From the NCBI RefSeq assembly GCF_018350175.1, contig NC_058383.1, positions 29,824,001 to 29,888,000 on the forward strand: a DNA stretch of 64,000 bases. The letters run 5' to 3'. A program made the translations under genes and the position numbers. A model generated the notes under the pieces. It was not told the DNA's origin. It saw only the letters and a program-made list of their open reading frames with translations, and ran no database searches. This stretch comes from Felis catus (taxonomy: Eukaryota). Of the stretch, positions 1 through 11,914 are shown piece by piece. Position 1 is the first letter of the stretch. Each line of letters begins with the position of its first letter.

Positions 1-458
1 TTCCGTCTCTCTGCCCTCCCTCTGACTCGAGACAGACGGTCTTGGCCTCTTTATTTTGCTTTGCCATGTCCCTTGGCGGCTTCGTCATTTTTAGGTCACG
101 TGGTCTTGGCACCCCAGCATCAACACACTGACTCGGGCTGAAGTTGGCTGTCAGTCTGATTAGCATATGGAGGAATTTGGAGCTGCTGTCCTCAACAGAT
201 GAGACCTGGAGTCCCATTCTCAGACCACAAAGGCCAAGCCTTCAGCCTGTGTCCGTACAAATGTCATTCTGCATTCTGCAAGGGCTGGAGCCAAGAGCAT
301 GGGACAGCTTTGGACAGAGCCCATCTTTAGCATGTCAGTGCCTCATGCGTCTGGTGATGGCCCTGAAATGTTATGTGCAATTAGAAGGCTCCTCCATAAG
401 GCCACCAGACAGTTTATACGCAGCTCTGTGCTTTCCGGAGAGCAGACTTGAGATAGGC

Positions 459-590
459 ATTCATCAGTCAGGAAGCGTCTATTAAGTTCCTGCTATTAGC
501 TGGGGATTGTTAAGGTGTTGGGTATTCAGCATTAAATGAGATAAACTTGGTCCCTACCTTCGTGGAGTTTACATTCTAAGCAGACAGGTA
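459..590 (-). mobile_element. L2 LINE 3' end fragment
   Basis: Resembles the antisense L2 3' end (cattca...tattaag...ggtccctaccttcgtggagtttacattcta). Confidence 0.6.
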
Positions 591-1505
591 CGCAGACACA
601 CAAATATAAGAAGATTGGTAACGGGTAGTGACCGAGGACAGTGTCTCTTGTCATTGATGTGGCTGAGGGGTCATCTCTAGGGGGATAACTGAATCATATA
701 TACTTTTTTAAAAAAGTGTGTGTGTGTCTTTGTGTGTCAGAGGTTGAAACTAGATCCTTAGTCCAGAGTGAAGAAATCAGATTCTTAAAGTTAAATATGA
801 TTAAGGTCTAGAAATGTCACACAGCATAGTATTAGCAATGGTTATCTTTTAGTAGTGAGATTCCTATAGTCATTTAACTTAGAAAGCATTTATTGAGTGC
901 CTAATATGACTTTGGTGCTGTACTGAGTGCTGGAAATGCAGTTGTGAGCAAGATAGATAATATTATATGGTAAAAAAGTGGAGAGTATTCTGAGGGAAAA
1001 AGTGTACTGTGGTAAAGAATAAGAAAGGGAATCACCTAATTTATAATGGTGGGTCAGGGCAACTTAAGCTAAGACTGAGAAATGAGAAGGATTCAATCAT
1101 GTGAAGAATATTGGAAGTGGGGACTGAGAGGAGTATTCCAGGTGATGAGAGACGCATGTGCAAAGGCCCTGGGGCTTGAGAGAATTTGTTATATTTGGAG
1201 AACTGAAAGAAAATTCATCAGGGTGGGTCAAGAGATAAAACTGGAGAGATTCTGAGGATCCAGTTCAGGCAAGCCGTAGAGTCATGGAGATCAGTTTTGA
1301 TTTTATGTGAAGAGCAATGAGAAACTATTGAGGGGTTGGGGTGTTGAGTTGGAGAGTGATGTGACTTCATGTACTTTTTTGAGAAGGCTATTCTTGATTG
1401 TTGGCTGGAGAGTGGATTTTTAGGGACAGAGTACAAGCGGAGAGGTCTGTTAGGAAGTCGTTCAGTCATTCTGGTGAGAGATGATTGTAGCTTGGACTAA
1501 GGAAT

Positions 1506-1623
1506 CAGCACGGACCTTTATGGTCCTGTAGGTTGATCATTGCAGAACTCCAGGGGTACCATTCCTTAGACAACAATGTAAAAAGTGTTTCTTGGAGTTA
1601 AGCCCCAGAGTGGCCCCAAGTCT
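1506..1623. mobile_element. MER91-like hAT-Tip100 non-autonomous DNA element
   Basis: tgcagaactccaggggtaccattccttagacaacaatgt...tggagtt resembles the MER91A palindromic core. Confidence 0.55.
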
Positions 1624-1639
1624 GGGGCAATAGTAGCAG

Positions 1640-1661
1640 GAGAGAGAGAGAGAGAGAGAGG
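1640..1661. repeat. (GA)n microsatellite
   Basis: Seen directly. Confidence 0.9.
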
Positions 1662-2366
1662 TGGTTGGATTCAGGATGTGCTAATAGATTGGATTGGCAG
1701 GAGTAAAAAGAGGAGAGGACACTTATAGGTGACTCTTAGGTTTCTGAGTTGGATAACTTCAGGGATGTCGGTGGTGTTTTCGTAAAAGGGGAAGGACTGG
1801 ATATGGAACAGTGTGCAGAAGAGAAAGCAAGAGATTTTTCTTAAATTTGTTAAGTCGACAGTCGGATATGTAAGTCTGGCATTTAGAGTGGAAGTCGAGG
1901 CCAGATACAACATTTTCAGATCCTTGGGATAAAGGTTGCAGTTAAAGCCATTGACTTGGAGAGAGAAGAGGTGAGGTCTTGAGTCTTGATAATTTGATAG
2001 GTGGAGTAAGAAATAGAAGAAGAGTTGATTAAGAAAGGAGAGGAGAAGTCACTCTGAACTAGAAACAAATTAGAAGTGTGCAGCTCCGGAGAAGGACCAC
2101 AGATGGCTGCCATCCTGAGGAGATGGTTTTAACTTAAATAATGAATACAAACATGTGCATTTTTTGTCTCTGATGATGCAGGTGTACAATATATTTCCGT
2201 GCATGGTGGGGGGGCTGAGCTGATTTCACTCCCCAAGGTGACCAGTTACCCCTGTGAGCAGTGCTGGCTATTAGTGAGATGTGATTCAGGGGCACATGGG
2301 ACCCCAACATTCTCATTTCACTCCCACAGTATACAATCAAGATGGTAGAAATCTGCTCGTGTATGG

Positions 2367-2578
2367 CAGTGGTCTCACAGGGGCAATTTTGTCCCCTGGG
2401 GATATGTGGCAGTGTCTGGAGACATTTTTGTTTGCTACAATTGGATTGTGATGGGGACAGGGGTTGCTCCTGGCACCTACTGGGTGGAAGCAAGGGCCAC
2501 TGCTAAACACGCAGCAGAGCACAAGACCAAAGACTGTCCAGCCCCAAGTATCAACGGGGTTGAGGCTGAGAAATCCTG
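2367..2578 (+). mobile_element. MER20 hAT-Charlie element
   Basis: cagtggtctca...ggcagtgtctggagacatttttg...gaggctgagaaatcctg matches MER20 end to end. Confidence 0.85.
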
Positions 2579-2840
2579 TTGTAGCGAGTGCAGAGTGAAG
2601 TTACTTGTCTAGATTTCATTGTTCCTTCCTGAAGTTCCTCTTTGGGGGAAGAGGAAAACCTGCCAAGCCAAAGGGTCAGCCGTCATTATTTCCCAGGAGC
2701 ATCTACCCCCAGACACGGGGACTTGATTGAAATGGAAATGATTTTTTGGTAGGTGTTTCACACATTGCATCTCCAGGCCGTCAGAAAGGTGACTTGTGGA
2801 ATCATTTCTGTGGCTCGGATGTGCAGGGGTTTTGTTAGTG

Positions 2841-2862
2841 GTGTGTGTGTGTGTGTGTGTGT
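2841..2862. repeat. (GT)11 microsatellite
   Basis: Seen directly. Confidence 0.95.
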
Positions 2863-3494
2863 TTCCCTCTGGAAACATTTCTGACAGAGAGATGCAATCT
2901 TTGATTTCAGAGGAAATGATAAAGATAAAGGCATCAGTGTCACATTTTGTTTGAATTATTCAGGATTCCTACACCTGATCCTGTGTCACTCTCAAAAATG
3001 GCATTTATCTTTTATTCTCTTGGGAATCGATGGACTTCTTCCTCTACTTAGGTGAAACAAAAAGGGCTTGGTGCCTGAAGAAAAATAAAGTGATCAAACT
3101 AATCTTGGTCTCCTGCACTGATTCAAAGACAGTGTGGCATTTCTCTATTGCCCAAGAGTTTTTTCATATTGGGAACTGTGTCTGTGGGTGGGAGGTGAAA
3201 GGCAATCAGAGAGAGAAATATGTAGAACTCAGAAGTTTAGATCTTTAAGGAACTTTACAGATCATCTCATCTGACCTCTTTACAGCCAGATACCTTAAGC
3301 TTTAAGAGAATCACAGCCAGCCTTGTATGTTTCTTCCCCAACTTTGCAAGAATTCAAAAGATGGCCTGAAAACCTTGAACAATGATGCAAAATCAGTCTG
3401 GACTTCCCAGGTCTGGAGGGGATCTGCTAATTGGTATTTACTATGGAGGGAAAAAGGGGAACAGAGTGCTAATTAAGAAAGGCTCCCAGTGCAC

Positions 3495-3686
3495 GGGGCA
3501 CCTGGGTGGCTCAGTGGGTTAAGCGTTCAGCTTCAACTCAGGTCATGATCTCATGGTCCATGGGTTCGAGCCCCACATCAGGCTCTAGGCTGACAGCTCA
3601 GAGCCTGGAGCCTGCTTCAGATTCTGTGTCTCCCTCTCTGCTCCTCCCCCACTCATGCTCTGGCTCTCAAAAATAAGTAAAACTTA
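3495..3686 (+). mobile_element. CAN-SINE (SINEC_Fc-type)
   Basis: ggggcacctgggtggctcag head, CT region, A tail; degenerate TSD aaaggctc. Confidence 0.95.
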
Positions 3687-4109
3687 AAGGCTCTAGTGAT
3701 GAGTATAAAAGACCATGTGAGCAGGTGGGCACCCTGGGGACTTTGGTTCATCAATGACTGGAGACTTAATTCTTTAAGATTGCCTGCACCTAGTAGGCAC
3801 TTGGTAAATGTCTGTTAAATGCGTGAGTCAAGGTAGTTGATGCAAAGAGGAATTGGAGTGATTTGTGGGGGTGGGGAAGGATTGCATGCTCCCTGGAGAA
3901 GAACTTACCTTTCTTCTTCTTTGCCTAATAAAATAACTCAGAGAAATAGACGGTTAAGAGGGATAGCAATAGTATCTGTAGATATTATAGATAATAGATA
4001 ATAATACATGTAAATATTAAAATGTTAAAATAAATATTACATCTAAAACATTAATATGTGTAGATATTACTATTGAAATAGAAAATATTCATCAAAAGAT
4101 AATACAAGT

Positions 4110-4730
4110 ATTTAGGTTCATGAAACAGAATACCAAAGAAGTAGTGGCTTACACAAGGAAAAGGTGTGTTTTCCTCACGTAATGAAGAGTTTGGAGAGTG
4201 GGGCGCCTGGGTGGCGCAGTCGGTTAAGCGTCCGACTTCAGCCAGGTCACGATCTCGCGGTCCGTGAGTTCGAGCCCCGTGTCGGGCTCTGGGCTGATGG
4301 CTCAGAGCCTGGAGCCTGTTTCCGATTCTGTGTCTCCCTCTCTCTGTGCCCCTCCCCCGTTCATGCTCTGTCTCTCTCTGTCCCAAAAATAAATAAAAAC
4401 GTTGAAAAAAAATTAAAAAAAAAAAAGTTTGGAGATACTTAGGAAGTCCAGACCTGGTCCAGAGATGCTCCTGGGGACCTGGGCTCCTTCTGTCTTTGTT
4501 CTCCACCAATGATTCTTGGCACATATCTTTGTCCAAATGGGCCCTAGATGGGTGTCCCAGGTCCATGTGTTGTGTCTGCTTCCATCAGAGAAGGGCAAGA
4601 GTTGTTGAGTCTCTTCCAGTTGTACCAGAACATTGGTTTTTCCAGAAGACTTCTACTTATATCTTATTGGCCAGCGCTAGGTCACATGCTCATTCCTAGC
4701 TGCAAGGGAGTCTGGAAGGGATGTTTGTAA
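4110..4730 (-). mobile_element. MLT1 (MaLR) solo LTR, old J/K-like, split by a SINE
   Basis: agtggcttacacaag...tattggccagcgctaggtcacatgctcattcctagctgcaagggagtctgg. Confidence 0.65.
4200..4425 (+). mobile_element. Young felid CAN-SINE (SINEC_Fc)
   Basis: CpG-intact ggtggcgcagtcggttaagcgtccgacttcagccaggtcacgatctcgcgg; TSD agtttggaga. Confidence 0.98.
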
Positions 4731-5479
4731 TTCACCCTGGACAAAATATGAGTTTTGTTAGTTAGGATGTTTGTTTGGCACACATCCGTAATCCCACAGT
4801 TGAAGGGAGCAAGTCCCCCACTAGGCAACGGACTTTCTTGGTCCATTCCAGTGAATTCAAGTCATGTGGAAGCCTCGTTTCAGGCTATGACTTGGCCTCA
4901 ATTCAGGATGCAGAGTGGCATGGAGCTTCGATGAAACAACGTCTGTTTGTCCCCACCTGGGAACTGGCCTTTGGTCTCTGCAAAAGGTCACATGGTGGGG
5001 ACCAGTAAAGTCCTCAGGAGTCGGGGAGAGATCAGTGCCGGGTGAGACAACATCAGTGCATATAGGGGCTGGCAGCCTTTTGTCACAGTGAATACAGTAC
5101 TTAACACAGACATCACGTTTGGCCAAAGGGGAACAAACCCGGGCATCATGCAGAGCCCATCAGTGCAATTCCCGCCACGACTGAATTGTTCTCAGTTCTG
5201 GAATGCAGCTGACCAAGTGAGGGAAATGGTGCGTGCACACCAAGCACTCTGTCAATGGTAAATGTGGTTCTTCTCATCTGATGGGTAATGCTGTCCCAGA
5301 GAGAATTCTGATGCCGTGTAAGTTGGAATTACATTAGAGTAACTAAGGATATAAAATCTGCATGGTTAGGTCGGCTAACATATAATATTGCATGCACGTG
5401 GAGAGCACGGAAGGAAGGAATCAAGGACTTAGGAGTCTTTTTTGTAAGTGAGAAGGGGGACCCCCGGAGCAAGGTAAGG

Positions 5480-6260
5480 AGGATGTTGAGTTAGGGGGCG
5501 TGATGTGATCAGATCCATGTTCCGGAAAGATCTCCCAGTCGTACTGAGAGCGGATGGTAGGAGTGAGGGTGAAAGTAGGGAGACCGAGGCTGTGTCTGGT
5601 AGTGCAGGTGATATATGATGGGGGCTTGGAGCACAACGGGTGTGGTGGAAACTTACTGGAGTACATATTTTGAGGTAGGACCCACAAGACGAACTGATGT
5701 ATTTCATGTGGGACTCCAGAGAAAGGGAAGAGGCAATGACTACTTTCGAGCAGCTTGCCCAGTGCAGGTGCCATTAACGAAGGGCATGGTTGGGGGTACT
5801 TCGAGAGGAGTCAGTTTGGGGGTAGGCGATGGGATCAGTAGCTTTCAGCCACATTAAGTTTCAGATGCCTAAATTCCTGGTCAAAACAATACATAAATAC
5901 ATTTCAGATGCCCGTTAGACACCCAAGTGGAGACTTAACTAGGTAGCTGGAAATTGGAGTTTGAAATTCAGGACAGAAGATAGAGAGGAGAATTGTATTG
6001 TGAAGTCCTCATCGTGTTGATGGGATTCCAAGCCACAGGTGCTGGAATAGGGAATTGAGAGATGAAATGCAAATAGAGGTGAGAAAAGATCAGAGGACAG
6101 TCTCCTGGAATGGCAACAAGGGGGGGGGGGGACCAGGTGTGGTCTCTAGGAGTCAAACGAGGAAAAGCCCAACAAAAGGAGTCTGCTCAACTGTGTCAGG
6201 TGACCCAGAAAGTTTGATAGCAGTGCAAGCTGAGGTGATGGCCGTGTTGGCATCACGGGG
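5480..6260 (-). mobile_element. L2 LINE fragment
   Basis: tgatgtgatcagatc...taagtttcagatgcc...ttagacacccaagtggaga...aggtagctgga. Confidence 0.7.
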
Positions 6261-6651
6261 TCCCTGGGGACGGTCGCAAGGGCAAGTTCCATTGGTGGGC
6301 AGTGGGGGGGTGTGGGGGTGTACCAGCCTGATGGAAGACTAGAGTTCTGGTGAGTTCTCCAAGGTTCACTGGAAAGTTTCAGGACAAGATTTGTCTGCTG
6401 TGTGGAGGAGTTTAAGCTCCATCATGAGGCAATCGCATTTGGGCAAGAACAGTGACACAGCCAGGCTTGCGTTATAATCACGTCACCCTGGCCTGGTACA
6501 GTCGAGGGGAGGTCAGCTGTGGGACGCTGGTGGCCAGCGCCAGGCTACCAGCAGCAGAGATAAGAGAATGAGTCGATTTCAAGGGAATTCAGGGCACAGC
6601 ACGCATAGGACATGAGGGTGGGTTGGAGGGGGGAGATGGGAGAGGAGGAGG

Positions 6652-6845
6652 TAGGTTCAAATCCTGGCTCTGCCACTTGGCAGCTCTGTGGCCTTGGCAA
6701 GTCTCTCCATGTCTCTGCACCTCAGTTTGCTCATCTGCAAAATGAAGCTAATAATGGAACCTATATCGTAAGGCTGTTCAGGGATTAAATGAGATACTGC
6801 ATGTGAAACATTTAGCACAGGACCTGTCATGTGGCAGCTCTCAGG
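6652..6845 (+). mobile_element. MIR SINE
   Basis: ggttcaaatcctggctctgccactt...cctcagtttgctcatctgcaaaatg...ggattaaatgag. Confidence 0.9.
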
Positions 6846-7169
6846 AAGCAGAAGCTTTGAATTTGGTGGACGTGCTTCAGCTCTTGCCTAGCATCCTTTC
6901 CTTGGGGACTGCTACCTCCTTTTCCAGCAGAAAGAGTCACCTTATCCCCTCAGAAGAAGGCACCGTTAACCGTTTGTAAGAATCCCCAGCTCACGCTTCT
7001 CTCATTTTTGCTGGAAAGGTGACATGATTCAGGTGTAATACTAGGTGTCATATAAGCTATGTGTCATTATTTCATGTTATTAGTGAGACTCAAGTATCAA
7101 GAATCACTTGCTGAAAGGATTCACCCAGAAAGAGGTGGGTATGATTGGCCATCCTGTGATCGACGCCCA

Positions 7170-7345
7170 GTGACAGTTGGGTTTAATTTTGCAAGCAGGT
7201 TGATTTGCATATATCATCCCTTCAATTTGCCCACACAAGTCAGGCACTTAGGGACACAATTACCCAATTAGTGGGTGTCAGTTCCTAATTGCAGGGGCAA
7301 ACCTGATAATGGAGCCCTCAAATGGCGAAGCGCTCACAATTTGCT
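7170..7345. mobile_element. MER121-like ancient repeat
   Basis: Repeated ttgca/atttgc/caattac/taattgc units (gatttgcata, aatttgcccacacaa, caattacccaatt, taattgcaggggcaaa) as recalled for MER121. Confidence 0.5.
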
Positions 7346-7929
7346 TCCTTTTAGGAAAGGTGGCACTTTCTAGTTGTATGGTAGAGTTAAGAGCATCTGA
7401 CAGCTAAGGATTCTTTTTCTAATTGAATGATAGTGTCATTTCAGCCCAGGCTGAGCGTGCTGGTTAAGAAACTCAGGAAGCCATTCTATCTAGAATTTGC
7501 ACATGGAGATGGCTGATGTGTTACCAGACATCATATTGGAATTCCTTGTTTCTGGGGTGTATCGCTGGACCACCCCTGGAATTTTGTCTGGAGATGCTAA
7601 GGCGTCTTCCTACTTGGGGAATCACCTTTGTCCTGGTGAGGCAATAACACCTTCCCTTGGCTTGTGCTTCTCCATTGACTGGGATGCTCTTTATCCATCT
7701 GGCGTGCCCTTGCATATGCGTCCACTGTTTCTTCTGTTCGGATAGACCCAGAATGGTTTCTGTCTCTGTCTGGCATAAAGGAAGCAGGACCAGGATGCAA
7801 TATTAAACTTGGAAAATTTGAATCTGGCCCCAGGTCCCAGTTTGGTGGGGAAGCTGCTGGATGTTTGTGTGGAGTTGCTGGATGAACGCACCAATCTTCC
7901 TTCCCTCCTCCTTTCCTTCCTTTTTGTTA

Positions 7930-8478
7930 ATAAAAATAAACCCAATAAAATCGAGCCTAAGATTTAACAGATATTGCACAAAGGAAGATACACGAATGGC
8001 CATCAAGCATGGGAAAAAAAATCTGACCATCATTAACCGCCAGGTAAATGCAAATAAAAATCAAACGGAGATACTGCCATACCCTCTAGAATGATGAACA
8101 ATCCCATATGTTGGTGAGAACATGAGGCTGCTGGAATTCTTTGACACCTGCTGGTGTGAGTGTCGTAAGGTACATGCACTTAAGGAGACGGTTTCGTAGT
8201 GTTTTAAAAAGTTAAGCATACCCCTAGCCTATAACCTGGCAATTCCATCTCTAGATTTTACTTGAGAAATTAAAACGTAGGTTTGCAAACAGGTACGTAC
8301 AAGAAGGTTCATAGAAGGGAACGTAGTGGAAAGTTTGTGAGTCCAAGGGAGTTTTATGAGGGTGATGGCATCTTACTAGAGGCGTGTGTTGCATGGGTGA
8401 GTGCATTTGTTGAAACAGATTAAAATGTTGAGGTCTTTGCATTTTATTGTATGAAGATTTTGCCTCAGGAAAAACAAA
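7930..8478 (+). mobile_element. Old L1 (L1M) ORF2 end and 3' UTR fragments
   Basis: gaagatacacgaatggcc...aaatgcaaataaaaa...ggcaattcca...tgcattttattgtatg. Confidence 0.8.
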
Positions 8479-8573
8479 TAGGTACCAAAGGGAGTTTTAT
8501 TGAGCCTATGAAAATAATCCATGTGAATTATTTAAACACTTTTGAGAGATGAGATTACAAAATATTTCTATGC

Positions 8574-8758
8574 AGGGACACCTGGGGGAGCTCAGTCGGT
8601 TGAGCATTCAACTCTTGGTGGTGGCTGTGGTCATGACCCCAGGGTTGTGGGATGGAACCCCCCCCCCCCCAATCAGGACTTGTGCTGAGCATGGAGCCTG
8701 CTTAAGATTCTCTCTCTTTTCCCCTCTGCCCCCCCCTCCTCTCTAAAATAAAGTAAAA
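8574..8758 (+). mobile_element. Older CAN-SINE
   Basis: SINE head, ggagcctgcttaagattctctc; TSD atttctatgc. Confidence 0.9.
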
Positions 8759-8799
8759 TTTATTTCTATGCTTAATCATACACAGGAAGGTCTTAACTT

Positions 8800-9000
8800 A
8801 GATATGAGCTCAAATTTGAGTTCCACTTCTTGTAAGCCGTATGACCTTAGGTATTGTATTTAAGTTCTCCGAATCTCAGTTTCTTTGCGTCTAAGAGGAA
8901 GATAGTAATACCTACCTCACAGTGTTTGAAGGAGGGATTAAATGAGAAAACGTAAAGTGCCTAGAATATGGGAAGTATTCAATAATGTGATCTATTAGTA
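8800..9000 (+). mobile_element. MIR SINE
   Basis: tgacctta...tctcagtttc...taatacctacctca...ggattaaatgag. Confidence 0.75.
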
Positions 9001-9265
9001 TTTATTGAATACTAAATATTTTTCAGCCACTGGTTATAAAATGGAGAGACATTCTGCCTTCATTTAGAGTCTAGTTGGGAAGACCGAAATCAATCACATA
9101 GTCATATAAATAAAAATAAAATTATTTTTCGTGCTACATGCCAACTAGGAAAACCTCGTGCTGTGGAAGCGTATCGTGATGGGACCCGACTTTATCTGGG
9201 TAGTCAGGGAAGAGTCCCCAGAGGAAGTGATGTTGCCTTGTGATCCAGAGGATAATTAGGATAAG
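9000..9265 (-). mobile_element. L2 3' fragment
   Basis: tatttattgaatac...gtctagttgggga...gtcagggaa...agaggaagtga. Confidence 0.6.
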
Positions 9266-9521
9266 AATATGGGTGAAGGGTCACGCACAAAGCTAGGATT
9301 TTGACGGCATTAATAAAGATGGCGGAAGACAAAGAGGACATGGTCAGCTATATGCGGAATATATTAGAGGTGATGGAGCCAGCGTCCTGAGGACAGGAGA
9401 GTGTGATTTGAAAAGAGTGAAAAACATACAGCTTTGTCCTGAATGACCATGGCCAAACCAGGATCATTATCATGTCTTCTAGTGTTGTCCTCTTTTCTAC
9501 CAAAGCATTTTGCTTTTTGTA

Positions 9522-9930
9522 CTCATCAAGGTAATATTAACTGTTGCAACTGATACTTCCTGGAATCCCAGCGGCTCCTCTCACGAGAAATTTCTTGCTC
9601 GTGAAAAGGCCTTTGTAAATGGACAGCATCCCCTGAAGTCACTCAGGGACCCAGGCTCTTTCCATTTTATAGCTCTGCTGTCTACTCTGGCTTCCGAGTC
9701 CCTTCTGATCTATTGCTGATGGGGATGATGGTGGAGAAGGCGCACCTGCTGCTTCATATTGGAGGCAGTGCCCGTCACTTCCGCTAGCACTCCATTGGTG
9801 AGAACCAGTCACATGACCTCACTTAGATGCAAAGCATGCTGGGATGTGTAGTCTTTGGATGGGCAGCCACTTCCCGGCGAGAAGTCCGCCCTCTGCAGGC
9901 GAAGAGCCAGTCTTTGGTGGTCAGCGAGCC
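9522..9930 (-). mobile_element. MLT1 (K/L-like) LTR
   Basis: gtcactcagggacccaggctctttccat...ccattggtgagaaccagtcacatgacc...tgtagtct. Confidence 0.7.
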
Positions 9931-10314
9931 GTGTATTTCACAGTTCACATCTCTCAGGGAGGAGCACCCTCTCTGCCCCATTTTCCATCCCGTTGGAGCT
10001 CCCTTCAGTGTGCTTGTTCCAGAGGCTCATATGCCCAGAAGACGTTTCTCCAACTGCAACTAAAGTGCTGAGTTCTCCAGCCAGACAGGCTCGCCATGGA
10101 AACCTTGAGGTTCATAAATCACAATGCAGATGCAGTTCATCATCTGAAAAATGAGGAGGAAGGGCTGTCAGAGCCTAGCTCATAAAACAGATGTTCTTTT
10201 TGTGGAGGAAAGCAATGGAAGCAATACCATAAAAATTGAAAACCCAGGAATCTGGTCATCCTATCTTAAATAAAAAAGTAATTCGCTTTCTACCTCTTAG
10301 TAGACTTGCCCTCT

Positions 10315-10317
<3 letters not shown>

Positions 10318-10368
<51 letters not shown>
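10318..10368 (+). repeat. A51 homopolymer not attached to a recognisable SINE or L1
   Basis: Seen directly. Confidence 0.95.
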
Positions 10369-10370
<2 letters not shown>

Positions 10371-11648
10371 AGAAAAAAAGTAATTTTTTCCCCTGTTTAA
10401 TTATGTGCCATTTTAAGCTGCAGCGGTAGCTGTTCTTGTGTTTGCAAACACAGAAAGTGCGGGCCTTCATTTTTCCCAGCGCATGACAAATGCAATGATA
10501 CCCCACTAACGACCGCAGGTATGATACGCTCCGTGATACACGCTGCTCTGCCAACCTTATCATTAAATCCCGCTCCAGATAAATAAGCCTCATTTCGGCT
10601 GTAGCCATTCGTTCTTGTTAGGGCACCAGCGGGATGGCATGAAATATTAAATGACAAGGGTTAATTCTGTTCTCAGCAAAGAGCTCCTGTCCAATTTCCC
10701 ATGAGATTGCACAATAGGTCAGCATGTCAGGCTCGAAGTAATAGCCTGTGCTGGCCTTCCCAGGAAGGTTTTGTGCCATGGCGGTGTTGATGATTCTGAA
10801 TCCTGCAACAGGAAGACAGAGCTGATCCCTCCTGGAGACAGGAACGGGGCGGCACGGTGGCTCTCAGGCTGTGCAGAAATGACTTTGAGAATTTGTCTCC
10901 AGTGATGGGTGCTTCATCATTTTCTGCTGGCTCCCTTGTGACTGATGGGGACGTCCGGGGTCTCCGTACTTTGGACACGGGTCTCTCACGCTGGCTTCTT
11001 CCTGTTTCCCATCCAGAGATTGTTTATGTAAAGTGAAAGGGTTCTTGTGTAAAATTACACGGATGCTTTATTAATATGTTAAATGATCATCTTCAAACTC
11101 TCTCCACTTATTACAATACATTATGCAATGCATTAGTAATGAATGGAAGCACTTTACTTAAAGATCTGCCTATAAATCAGTTGAACATGGGGAAAAAGAG
11201 TCATTGTTTATTTATGAGGTCTGGGAAAGAAATTACAGAGAGCGAAACTTACATATCCTCCTATTCTAAAAACATTATGAAACATTGATTATATGTTTGC
11301 CATTAAGTTTATGCACCTGTTGCCTTTATGTTCCTGATATATTATTAATCTTTCTTAAGACTTAAACCTCAGAAATCTGCTTTCAGTAGGACTGGAGCGC
11401 TTCAGAGCTAGGCAGTAAAGTTTGGGCAGAAATGAGGTGCGTTTTCTCTCACCATGCTGAAGGTACATAGGAGGAGTCTTCAAAATGTGCTGCCCTGGTT
11501 GGGAGTGTTTTATCACTGCCCAGGGGCCACTAAAGGTCTGCTCCTCAGTAAGTGAAAATTAATACTCATTTATTGGATGTCTAGTCTTAGAACTGATAAT
11601 GGGATCAAAGTGCTAATAGGGCATTGAAAATAAAAGGTATGACAGCCA

Positions 11649-11777
11649 GGGGCGCCTGGGTGGCTCAGCCACTTAGGTGGCAGACTCTTTGATATCGGCT
11701 CAGGTCTCGATCTCATGGTTCATGAGTTCGAGCCCCATGTCAGGGTCTGCGCTGACAGCGTGGAGCCTGCTTGGGGT

Positions 11778-11831
<54 letters not shown>

Positions 11832-11914
11832 TCTCTGTCTCCCTTTCTCTCTGTGTCCTTTTCCCTGCTTGCATGCATGCTCTCTCTCTCAAAATAACTC
11901 TCTTAGAAAAAAAA
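11649..11914 (+). mobile_element. CAN-SINE with expanded (CT)n
   Basis: SINE head; (CT)n at about 11781-11827; A tail. Confidence 0.93.

Larger units (their letters stand above)
883..2120 (-). mobile_element. L2 LINE, long degraded fragment, interrupted by a MER91-like element
   Basis: gcatttattgagtgcc start; gcatgtgcaaaggccctggg and ggtgagagatgattgtagcttggacta are typical antisense L2 motifs. Confidence 0.75.

Noticed and set aside
4051..4566. 171-aa ORF and similar ORFs at 14434, 20199, 36246 and 39282
   Set aside because: The recurring peptides (GQRETEHE, AQVMIS, FEP) are CAN-SINE translations.
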